The position numbers and the translations under genes were made by a program. A stretch of 63,473 nt of DNA, filler included, from Collodictyon triciliatum (lineage: Eukaryota): NCBI GenBank assembly GCA_043381765.1. It is 7 parts of 7 records of this genome, joined end to end, with 100 filler letters (N's around TTAATTAATTAA, not from the genome) between each part and the next. Parts side by side here need not be neighbours in the genome. Positions count along the whole stretch, not along the records: positions 48,462 to 59,595 come from JBHJMP010000763.1; positions 59,696 to 63,473 come from JBHJMP010000827.1; 5 more parts are not named here. One strand, given 5' to 3'. Positions 51,801 to 63,473 of this stretch are shown piece after piece. The first letter of the stretch is position 1; each line of letters starts with the position of its first letter. The notes under the pieces were generated by a model, which saw only the letters and a program-made list of their open reading frames with translations, was not told the DNA's origin and did no database searches.

Positions 51801-54800
51801 ACATTAAAGCACGATATTCCTCAAGAATACTTGGAGATTGGTATTATTTCAATTTATTGTCGATAAGTTATCATCTCTTCTGAAGCAACACATAATTCTA
51901 TTTCCCCTTCTCTTTTCCCATCACTATCTTCCTCAAGAACAAAAATTACAGACTAAATTTTGATGTATAACTTAGACCCGCTTATCTCAAACTCTCTTGA
52001 TACTGGTGTCAACACTGGGGAAGCTATATTTGAGGTTTTCTATTCCATCCAGATTTCTCGTGCAGCAATTGCTATATAACATTTAAATGGATTGATTTGA
52101 CGATATGAATCATATCTAAATTCTAGGTTTATTACAAAACCACTGGATATTATATCATCGAAACCATAAATTAATGAATACATGAGCCGACCAAACTTAA
52201 CGCAATTCATACGTCAGGTTGTCTTAGCTAAGAAGACACATGAAACAAGAAGACTCTATCTTCAAAAAGCTGACCTCAAGATTCTCCGATTCCTTAAAGT
52301 CTTGCATAAAGTTAAATACAACCGAATTGAGGTCAGTTACTCGAATATCCATACATCCATACATCCATACATCCATACATCCATACATCCATACATCCAT
52401 ACATCCATACATCCATACATCCATACATCCATACATCCATACATCCATACATCNNNNNNNNNNNNNNNNNNNNNNNNNNNNNNNNNNNNNNNNNNNNNNN
52501 NNNNNNNNNNNNNNNNNNNNNNNNNNNNNNNNNNNNNNNNNNNNNNNNNNNNNAAAGAAAAAGAAAAAGAAAAAGAAAAAGAAAAAGAAAAAGAAAAAGA
52601 AAAAGAAAAAGAAAAAGAAAAAGAAAAAGAAAAAGAAAAAGAAAAAGAAAAAGAAAAAGAAAAGAAAAAGAAAAGAAAAAGAAAAGAAAAAGAAAAGAAA
52701 AAGAAAAGGAAAAAGAAAACGCCAAAGCGTGCATTTCAGAGAAATCCTTGTTGCCATCGCCTTGTTTCCACTTCATCCCCACGAAAGCAGGCAGCCGAAG
52801 GAGTCAAAGCAGCAAAGACCACGGAATGGCAACCACCACGGCAACCACGACACCCACCACAAACCGCGATCTGTTCTCTGCGGTTTCGATCCACACGCCA
52901 CATTCCCACGCACAAACCCCGCCCAAAGCAAACACCCGCGCGCTCGTTCTCCCGCACATCCACACAAACCCGCAGAACAGCGAATCAAGCGCCAATGCCA
53001 AAGCCTTGCCCGCAGGTTTCTTTGCCCGCGATGCCAATCAAGCGCAGTCAACCACGGCAAATGCGAGTGGAAAAGTTCTGACGAGTGATTATCGTGCGTT
53101 GGGCCGGTCCGGGGCCATTGAGGCGTCTCCAGCCATCGTCCACTTTGCCGGCTTTCGACTCGATCAGGAGCATCGCATCTCATTCCGCATCGTCAATGTT
53201 TCTCAGGCTCGGACGCGCATTCAGATACTCGCCCCGACCGACCGACAGCATTTCACGATACATGGGGAGCGTAAGGTCTGTCCAACAAATCCACAAAGTT
53301 TCTCGAGCTATTATTTACATTTGGCTCACAAACATCCCAGCTTATTCAGCAATATCATATGACTCTATCTATCAGCTTCTCAGTTTTTGCTGTATCGTTT
53401 ACTCCATAATATTTAGTTAACGATACAAAAGTTTTTTGTTTTATTTTATTTTGTGATTAATCTCACCCTCGCTATATACAAGACTTTTTTTTTTGATTGC
53501 CTAGCATTTGACATTTATACTTTTTTTTCGTCTTTGTAAGTCTAATTGGTCGTTTCCTTAAGGAATAGAGTTCTTATATTAGAGAGGAAAAGAAGAAGAC
53601 AAGGATATACTTATACTGGAAAGTAATCATCAATTATGGATTTGGTTTAGGGTGACCTTGCTCCTGGTATGGGAGAGACAATCACGATACACTTTATCCC
53701 AACCGAGTACAAGTATTATTACGACTGTGTTCGTGTTCACGGCGTGGATGGAAATTTGATTGTCCCTATACATGCATATCCCACCATGAACAAGGCCATT
53801 TTCCCGAAGATGATGGACTTTGGTTCTTGCGCAATTAATGAAGAGTATGTGATTATGCTTCCTCCATGGGCTTAACGATTTAAATATTTCACAACATATA
53901 TATATTTTACTTTAGGTATGTCCGAACCCAAAAGATTAGTTGTACAGTTCCAATTGACTTCGAATACAAGTTTGAGATGGTTGAGCCGAATCCTTATCTC
54001 ACAATAGAGCCCATGAATGGTCTTTCCCTATACATGCCAGCATAAAATACCATCAAATATAAAACAACATACATCCATACATCCATACATCCATACATCC
54101 ATACATCCATACATCCATACATCCATACATCCATACATCCATACATCCATACATCCATACATCCATACACCCATAACTCCAAGAAGAAAAAGTTAAAAAG
54201 ATCTCTTGATTTCTAACTTTCTGCATAGTTCTCTTGATATGTTCATCAACATGACAAGTTAACATATTACTTAATAACTCATTTAGACCAAAATAGAACA
54301 CTCTGATATTGGCCGATTCTCACTGATAATTAAAGGTAGAATCAAATATGATTTGATAGCACGGGATAACATTCAAAGGGATGCCATTGTTCTTTCTATC
54401 CGAACATTCGCAAGCCTATATCGGGTGACTTTTTTTTTTGTTTCTATTACTTTATTATTACTGTCTTCATCGAGATGAAGCTTTCAATTGCGATATCCAC
54501 TTACACTATGAATTGGGACCATCTTTTTCTGAAAATTATACGTCGGAATCTGGAAATAAACTTTGCATTTGTATCGCAAACATAATTTTGAATTATTTAT
54601 TTTAGATTTTTTCTACCTTATCAACATCTTTCTGTTCAATAGATTTCAAAATATGCATTCCTTCAAAGATTCAGAGGGCCTGCGGATGATGATGATGATG
54701 ATAGGAGTGATGGCGATGAAGAGGATATTGATGATGACGAATTTGATGACACTATCTACCACCAAGATGAGTTCTCCGATGCTCAGAATCCCTCTGAAAA

Positions 54801-55578
54801 TGCACAGAAAAAGGGAGCCTCATTGCCACCAGGCCTGAAGAAGTCGAAAAAGCACGGAAAAAAGCCAAAGTCACGATCTTTTTGGTTATTTTCTTGCTTC
54901 AAGGGTGATGATGATGATGAAATTGGAAGTAGAGAAGGGAGACACGCAAAATCAGTATCCGAAAATAAAGGAACCGGTGGAAAGGGAGGTGCCAAACCAA
55001 ATGAGAACAGCCGCTTGGACAAGGGTAAGCCAGAAGATAAAGCTGATGGACACACTGTTCAGGATGCTGTTGCCTACACTGGAGATGATGGTGATGAGGA
55101 CGATGAGACTCGTCCGTTTACGGTGAAGTTCGGAGTTCGCAAAGCAACTATTGTTCGACGAGACTCTTCTGCAGCTAGGCCTGGAAATAAGGCTGCTCTG
55201 GTTCCTGACATCCCAAATGCCGCTTCGAAGCGACCCGCGCCAAGAAAAGGCTCCATGCATCAACCTCGACCTCGTCCATCAGTGAGTATTTCGTGTCTTT
55301 GATTTTGTGTGTACATAACGAGCAAGGCACAATTATTAGATGAAGGGGAATTTTTTTTCCCGCTCTACTTTCTCTGCTCTTTTAATGCTGCTTTTTTTTC
55401 TCCCATTTGCTGATCAAATCCTCACTTCAGGGAAATAGCGCACACAAAATGATGAAGCCCGGTGAACCATACGAAATGAACATGCTATTTCTCATGAAAG
55501 TACACCATACGCTCACATTAATTTACACACTTTTACACACAGAAACATCATATGAATGACAATGACAATGACAATGAT

Positions 55579-55631
<53 letters not shown>

Positions 55632-58600
55632 CAATCAAATGAATACATGATGAATAAACAACCCCAATCTAACCTGACTGTCCATTTATTTGTGCGAACC
55701 CACAACAGCCTAAGAGGGCTGGCAAAGTAAAGAACAAATTCTCGCCCCTGGAGGCTGGGATGACCAAGGAGATGCCTGTTGCTGCAGCGCAACCCACAAC
55801 CACAGGAACAAACGGCGGTCCTCCTCCGCCTCCTCCGCCTCCGCCACCCCCAGGAAGTTCCGGAGGACCGCCACCACCTCCGCCTCCACCTCCGCCTCCT
55901 CCGCCTCCAGGAAAGTCCGGGGGACCGCCTCCCCCGCCTCCACCTCCTCCACCTCCTCCGGGGATGTCGGGCGGTCCTCCACCTCCACCTCCACCTCCAG
56001 GTGGCGCAGTCGGGAACGCTGGCGCCGCGGCTGCAGATGGTAAAATGTCTTGTTACTTTTGACTGTCAGGCGATATGATAGAATTTTTTTTTTTTTTGTT
56101 TAGTCAAGTTGATAACTCTGATGTTGTTCATAGCATCGAAGACGAAGCAGTTGCATTGGAACAAGGTCGGAAAGGCTGACCTCCAAAAATCCATCTGGAT
56201 GATCGCCTCTGACAGAGAAGTTGACATCGATGACGAATTATTGGGTGCCATGTTTGTGAAAGAAGATACAAAGGATTTAGGTTTCTATTTCTATTTCTAT
56301 TTCTATTTCTATTTCTATTTCTATTTCTATTTCTATTTCTATTTCTATTTCTATTTCTATTTCTATTTCTATTTCTATTTCTATGTCTTTTTCTTTTTTT
56401 TTTCATATACATTAAACACGTATGCTTAACACGACGACTTGCAGCTGTCAAAGAGAAGGGAGACGACGCCCCCCTGGTTTCCCAGCGACGGCAATACCTT
56501 TTTGGTCCGATGATTTCTTAATTAATTGCTGTTGCATATATTTCCTTGTTAGAACTTTTCCAATCAAAAAAGTTTCTGTCTTGAATTTATATGTACACGC
56601 ATATATAAATTTTTTTTTATAAAAAAATCAGTATAGAGCTCAATAAACACGATTTTCTAATCACACAATTTCTTATTATCGAATGTATTTAAATAGACAT
56701 TGTTCTGAGACCGCTTAAGAAGGACATAATGGAAGTAATAAAGATAATTACGGACATGAGTTCAGACGAGCTACCTCCACAAACTTGGGCACAATTAGAG
56801 CAACAGCTACCCACCGAAGAAGAGGTATATACAACGATATAAAATAGAGGAACATACTTATTTTCGAACTTGCTCTATTGAATTACATTTGATCTGAATA
56901 CCGTGTATTCGACGTTGTACATTTTGATAGGAGCATTCCCTTCTTGAATTCAAAGGAGATGAGAGTAAACTATCAACGCCTGTACTTTTCATGTTGAAGG
57001 TTACTAACATCTTTTAAAGACATGTGCTGTCATTTGCAAAATCTTCATAATCAAAATCTTCATGGGTTTGATAAATTTAGCTCATTCAATATTTACGTGA
57101 AAAAAATTATTTCAGTTGGTCAAAATCCCATGCTTCTCGCTTCGATGCAAAGCTGTAGCATTTGAACTCAGAGTTAACGAGATGATTACAGATACTCAGA
57201 GAGAAATTGATGTAGTGAAATCTACCTGTCGCCAAATAATGACAAGCAAAAGATTCATCCGGTTATTGCAGGTAAAATTGTGAATAAATAATAATAATAA
57301 TAATCCTACTCTGATTTGCATTATATAAATCTATATTCTTTCATAATCTTTGTATCGAGTAAAGGAAAAATTCTTTCATAATATTTATATATATATATCT
57401 ACTTGTCAAAAGTATTTCGAATGGCTAAAAATGATACACATACTTATTAGGATCCTATTTCTTTAAAATAAGAAACAGCTATTAACAGTGCCCCCTTCTT
57501 TCTTTCTTTCTTTCTTTCTTTCTTTTTTTTTTTTTTCTTTTCACAGTTTGTCCTTGCATTTGGAAACTTTCTCAACTTTGGAACTGCAAAAGGATTTGCC
57601 TTAGGATTCCGTATTACCTCCTTGTTGAAGGTCATCATTTTATTTTCAGTTAACATACTATATCTGATGAACTCTAATGATATCTATTCGTACAATTTTG
57701 CAAGTTTCGATTATTTTGACGCAGTCGGTTATCTTAGTTATCAGAAGTGAAGGCTGTAGATCAAAAGACCACGTTACTTCATTTTCTCGTAAATCATATC
57801 GAAGAGAAGTAAGTATCGCAAGTGATAGACTTTTTATTGCCATTTTGAATGATTAATTTTTATTTTGTTTTTGCCTATTATTCTTCGCATATTTTTAATA
57901 CAAAAATTAGATTCTTAACGAGTCGTATTAATTAGTGACATAGATTGCTTTAAATTTTCGAATGAGATGAGTTCTTTGCCCGATGTCATTAATGGTTTGA
58001 ATTAGATTGGTGTCATATTATTGAAAAATTGCAATGAAATAGCGCTGAACCAATGCCATAACTCGTGGTATAATTTATAATACAAGAAATTAACTTACAA
58101 ATTGAAAGGAAGAATATATATACTCTTACAAGAAACTAACCAACGTATACCTCGCTCCACAATACTATCCCCAAGTTTCTGTCGGGGAATTGAATGAAAA
58201 AGTTACAAACTTAGTTAAGGAACAAAAAACGTTGAGCGAGGCTGTAATCATGGCTCGTGGGATGATGCCTGCATCGCCAGGAAATGATAAATTTATCGAA
58301 AGAATCAAGGCATGCATGAAATTCAACCCAGTGGTTTGATATATATTTATTGTGAATCGTTCGTGTACTAACATTCAGTCAATAGAATTCTATTGAAAGA
58401 ATTGGGAAAAAGCTCGAGCTTATTGTACACAACGCTTCTTTTATGAATCAAGAAATAAAAAAATTGGCAGGTATGTTTTAATTTGATGATTAATAAATAT
58501 CGGGAGCAATATTTTACCATATTCTTTTCAATTTTTCTACACATATATATCTATATATTGAAAAATACTAATATTCCTTCGCATCGCAAATATGTCAGGA

Positions 58601-59074
58601 TACTTTGCTGAGCCAGAGGAAAAGTTTGACCCCGATGGTACTTTCAAAATGCTCTACGACTTTATCGCTCAATTCCAGGTACCTGTTCTGCAGATGGTGC
58701 AAATTAGTTCTGAGAAACAAAAAAAAAAAAAAAATTATAAAACTATCTTTGATGAGCATTTATTATAAGAAAACTATAAAGAACTTGTGCTCACAACTTT
58801 CATTACTTTTATTGTTAAAACAGCTCTGTTGTCGATATCATCGTTAATTTTTTCCCTTGAATGCTTACCCACCTCCCAGAAAGCATACGAGCACAATGCG
58901 GCTGAAAAAAGGAAGTTGGGGTCTTTGGCCAAGGTAAAAATCCTCAAACATCCACGCTTGTATTCACTCTTCCCTATATCTTTATGAGTGCGACAAGGTC
59001 TTTAAAAAAGAATGATGTTTTACTCTTATATTTGTTTCATTACGTTATCCAGTATTGTTTTTATTACAATTTTT

Positions 59075-59115
<41 letters not shown>

Positions 59116-59457
59116 TATCATCGTCACTATCATCAGAATACTCAACCCGCCCAACCAACAACTCCTCAAAGTGTAAGATTATTCCATCGTATTAATTTTT
59201 AAATTTTCAAAAAATGAGCAAGGAAAACATGCCATTCGTTTACATTATTACATACCATTTCTACGATTTATTAGACTTTCTTTGATATATTTTTTTGTCT
59301 ATTTTTTTTTTCTCCGTGTCAGGGCAAACTCAACGCCGGCAATCTTCTCCTGCAAGTACACAAAGATTTTCAAGGGAACGAGTCCGGAGAGGAAGAAGAC
59401 AAAGCAGGTTCTGACGTGGAGGAAGACGACCCAGACGCAGAGTATCGAAAGGACTAG
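48885..59457 (+). CDS. Formin (FH1+FH2) with two N-terminal AIR9/SCAB-like Ig+PH modules. The model spans the gap and CFAP221 fragment at 52454-54050.
   Basis: Poly-Pro FH1 at 55820-56000. FH2 motifs TKQLHWNKV, SIW, LPTEEE, VLAFGNFLNFGT...GF and KTTLLHFLV. Upstream duplicated SGGPY...W.RS...GA...YQPTAED...RVE.TP modules. The splice junctions I traced from the start codon to the FH2 N-terminus are phase-compatible. Stop TAG at 59455. Confidence 0.8.
52347..52453. repeat. (CATCCATA)n microsatellite, same motif and strand as 54070-54170
   Basis: Directly visible. The first copy runs into the 52454-52553 gap. Confidence 0.95.
52826..54019 (+). CDS. CFAP221: CFAP221/PCDP1-like ciliary central-pair protein, N-terminal fragment only. 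Exons 52826-53275, 53651-53844, 53916-54019.
   Basis: PAIVHFAGF...IVNVS...RIQILAP, G.LAPGM...IHFIPTEYKYYYDCVRVH...NLIVPIHAYP.MN...FP and SCTVPIDFEY match the remembered CFAP221 N-terminal ASH-like region. No further exons were found. Confidence 0.85.
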
Positions 59458-59829
59458 GCTGCTTCAAGAAATACTATCTTTCGTTTTCGAATCTATACCC
59501 TCAGTGATTCACCGCCCTTCCCCTCCCAAAACAAAAAAAAAAAAAAAAAAAAAAAACATAAATCAAAAAAACAAAACAAAAACAAAAAAAAAAAANNNNN
59601 NNNNNNNNNNNNNNNNNNNNNNNNNNNNNNNNNNNNNNNTTAATTAATTAANNNNNNNNNNNNNNNNNNNNNNNNNNNNNNNNNNNNNNNNNNNNCAAAC
59701 AAACAAACAAACAAACAAACAAACAAACAAACAAACAAACAAACAAACAAACAAACAAACAAACAAACAAACAAACAAACAAACAAACAAACAAATCAAC
59801 ATACAAACCAAGAACACCTGTTTCTATCT

Positions 59830-62800
59830 ATGTGCATAAAGCTTTCATATCGTCAATTAGTGTTACTTGAAGCATCTGGTACTATTCCGAATCGAAAGGG
59901 ACGACTACAATCTAGTTTATCATGCGGGCTTCCTCTTTGGGTTCTCTCCCTTTGTGGGGTCTTTCTTACCTACCACTTATACTTTTGGTACAAAGTATCT
60001 CATGATAAGGGGTACATTTCAACTGCGAATTGGCCGACTCTGCAAATGAATGGAGAATCTCACCAGTCTCATACAAGAGCTACATTTCATGATAATAAAC
60101 ACCTTGAAACGGAAAATATTATGGATTTAGTTGAAATAACAAACTCAACGAAATTCTTAATGTTTGAAGTGTGCGGTAGATTTTCAAAACAGAGAGTCTC
60201 CATACTCAATGCCGGGGTTTTGGCCCATCTGTTAGGTCGCACTCTTGTTTTGCCTATGTTACATTACAATACGAATAAAAAGGAACATAAAGTCCCATTC
60301 TCCACGTTTTACGACGTCCCGAAATTATTTTCGAATTGGATGCCTTTGGTCACTCTGGTACCGAAAATCCCGGATTCTTTTACTAACCGAAAGTCAAGGA
60401 GGCTTTTGTCATACAATAAAAAATACAGTTCGGGGAACATACAAAATATCATCGATAGTTTTGGCGATGAACCTATACTCAAGCTAGATTGCACTTCTGC
60501 ATCCGTTGCATACTATAAATTTGATGAGGTTGGTAGGAATGTCATGACCAAAGGACATATTTATTCGACAACTATACATCTCTAGTGCGATACCTGGATT
60601 TAGGTTCCAGTTAATTATTAAAATATACTATAATGATGATTAATTATGTGAACATCTGTTTATTTAGGCCATAAAAACCTATTGGAACCTCAGCCTCGGA
60701 CTTGTATTCTCCGACCTTATCCAAGAAGGGATCGACGAAGTTAAAAAGAATATAGGGACGTCATTGTTTACTGTTTTTCATGGAGATTTCACAGAAAAAT
60801 ATCGCCAAAAATGCAAAGTCAGATTAATACACATTGATTTTCTCGAGTATTCATTCAGCCAATACTCCTTTTTCTTTTCTTCTTTGTGAACATCCACTGC
60901 GTACAATCAGTATCAACTGACCGAGAGAACGACTCATCCATTTACTCACAAATTCTATCATCAGAAAAAGGGAGAAAATTGCTACGTTGATATATTTGAT
61001 GCAATAATTAAATTTAAAGCAAAGAATGTAAGTTCTGTTTGCTTCAAACATATATACTTAATCGCAGTTTCTTGACTTAATTATTGTAACAAAATTTCAC
61101 CTCATCAAAATATATGGCAATAAAACTTATCCGAAAAAAATAAACCAACAAAATCTAGCTGAGGAAAAGAGGGCCGGTCTACTTTTTCACGTATTTCGAT
61201 AGATATTTCAACATGAGTCTTGTGCGTTCAAAGCTTGAATATACGACTTTGGATGAGATCGCACCAGTCTCTTACAATCTTGTATCTGGGAACCCAGAGC
61301 TGATTTCAGGCAATCATTTTCTTATTCACATAGCAATTCTTGTATATAGATATGCACCCAAATTCTCGCTAAATTACGCATTATTTACCATTCTTTTTTT
61401 TTTCCACTTGACTTCAATCACAAAGTACATAACTAGTCTACTGAAATAAAATTATCTCCTAGCAATTAATTTTGGAGTATCACTCGAAGCCGATATTTTC
61501 TTTGGGAACGCTGGAATCCACGTTGCCTCTTTATCTATGTTAGAGCGAAAGCCAACATACAAACCAAATCTCAGATACGACCAAAGCAAGACTTACGGGT
61601 TCAATCTGCTCTACGCTCCGTCATATGGTGGGCAACTTAAACTCTTCCTCTGTATGATGCCCAACATTCCCTACCCCCCCCCCCCCCCCCCCCCCCAACA
61701 AAAAAAAAAAAACTTCTCTTTTTTTTTTTTTTACTTGTAACCGTCCCCTTTTTTTTTTTTTTTTTTTTTTTTTTNNNNNNNNNNNNNNNNNNNNNNNNNN
61801 NNNNNNNNNNNNNNNNNNNNNNNNNNNNNNNNNNNNNNNNNNNNNNNNNNNNNNNNNNNNNNNNNNNNNNNNNNTTCTATTTCTCTTTCTCTTTCTCTTT
61901 CTCTTTCTCTTTCTCTTTCTCTTTCTCTTTCTCTTTCTCTTTCTCTTTCTCTTTCTCTTTCTCTTTCTCTTTCTATTTTCCTTTCTATTTCTATACATGC
62001 AAGTGTGATTTAGATCAAATACGATTATCCAGTTTATTTTTAGTGAAATTGTGACAACCAACGCTACCTGATCCTCGCTATTTCTTGTTCATTTTTCTTG
62101 TAATTTCTTTTAATATGTATCCTTTGTAGTTCAAAATAGACACACGGTGAGTTGGGTATTTACTCTCAATAACAGTACGACATATTATGACGATATGACA
62201 AAAGTGGCTGTTCTTTCAGCTGAAAAGTACATCGATATTCCAAAATACTGTATCTACGGAGGGAGTCCCAATGATTTTACTCAATGGATGGAGAAGCACG
62301 GAGTGCATGTTATTATTCTTTTTCTCTTCCACTAGGATAAATATTGTCAACATACCATTTTTTCATAATATTTAAATCATGACCCGTTTTATACGTATTT
62401 CATTTTTTTTTTATTCTTCCTCTCAATTTTGTGCAGAATTGGGAAGTTTATACGTATTCCATAAATTAGTTCGCCAATACTACAATTAGTAATTCGACTA
62501 AATTTCTTGATCTGTTGGATATGACGATTACGTTTTTCTCTCTCTTTTAAACTACATATTATCTCCTTCCTTCCTTTCTCATCAGGTTATACACCATGAA
62601 TTAACATGGTTTTCGGAGCTCCTCAAGCTCAATATCACATACAATAAGTTTGATGACACAAGTCCAAATTATGCATCTCCGGGCTCACTTGCAGCAACGT
62701 TTTTGCGCACTGATGTGCCTGTAATGAAAGGCCTGGAAAATTATGACTTTGTATTGTATACAGACGTGGACATTATGTTTGTTGGAGACATCACATCAGA

Positions 62801-63377
62801 GTCCTTTTCGCTTTGGCCTAGGTAACACACTCTGTATATCTCATCATTTTTTTTTATTTTTTTTAGAGAAAAAAGCAAACTAAAATGGCTTGTAATTGGC
62901 ACTAAAAATTTTGCGATAGTATACTAATGCATACGTTTTGGACTCTATCATACAAGATTTTTCTCTTGTGGCCCCGAATCAATGATAAGAAGAAAGTTTC
63001 CATGTAATATGGGTATTATGCTCATGAATATGAAAGGGCTTAGAAGAACACACAATGAGTTTCTGAAGTTTATTTTGAAAACCGGCAACTTGCGATTCCG
63101 CAACGGACCAGCTGACCAAGGTGCATACAACTCGTTTTACAAGGAAAGAATTGATGCAATGAACCCGATATACAATTGGAAGCCTTACTGGCCCATGTCA
63201 GATTCGGCAAAGATTGTACATTTTCATGGACCAAAGTTGAAGGACTACCTCGCTTACTTTCGCAAAAAGAAGGTTTTAAATCCTCTCTTTGCATATTTGT
63301 TGGAGGACTGCAAACGAGGTGCATGCAGAGAATATGTTGACGAATATAAGACCTACTTGGAGGCAATTGAAGAATGA
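59830..63377 (+). CDS. Type II membrane glycosyltransferase: O-fucosyltransferase-like domain fused to a GT8-like (DxD) domain
   Basis: N-terminal TM, CGRFSKQR...LGRTLVLP and AINFGVSLEADIFFGN. An in-phase junction (61651/62130) leads to YDDMTKVAVLSA, FLRTDVP, VLYTDVDIMF, NMGIMLMN, DQGAYN, NWKPYW and HFHGPK. Confidence 0.82.
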
Positions 63378-63473
63378 GACCTAGGCCCGCGATGAACTTT
63401 TTTTTTTTTTTTTTTTTTTTTACTGCTTATTTTTTTTTACCTAATTTTTCTTATCTCCTCCCTTTCCTGCGTT

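Noticed and set aside
52826-59457. CFAP221-formin fusion protein
   Set aside because: The CFAP221 donor is phase 1 and the next exon is phase 0. That exon also completes the upstream PH-like module.

Overview
This is eukaryotic, intron-rich protist DNA. It has a mitochondrial F1 gamma subunit and a central-pair ciliary gene, so the organism is probably an aerobic flagellate; the signalling genes look amoebozoan-like, but the taxon cannot be fixed from this window. The window is not one locus: six artificial N-TTAATTAATTAA-N spacers join seven scaffolds, and there are further N gaps at microsatellites. Genes reconstructed by eye from splice sites and reading phase: a CAMK/AMPK-like kinase, ATP synthase gamma, a small single-TM protein, a Ulp/SENP SUMO protease, an NPEPL1-type M17 aminopeptidase, USO1/p115, a kinesin, a TmcB-like multipass protein ending in a RING finger, a receptor kinase with two kinase domains around a degenerate cyclase domain, an LRR/Cys-rich/multi-TM receptor, a formin, a CFAP221 5' fragment and an O-fucosyltransferase-like/GT8-like fusion. 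The best candidate for novelty is the formin (48885-59457). When spliced in phase across the intervening CFAP221 fragment, it carries two tandem AIR9/SCAB-like Ig+PH modules instead of the usual GBD/FH3 regulatory region. All family calls come from remembered motifs; no searches were run.
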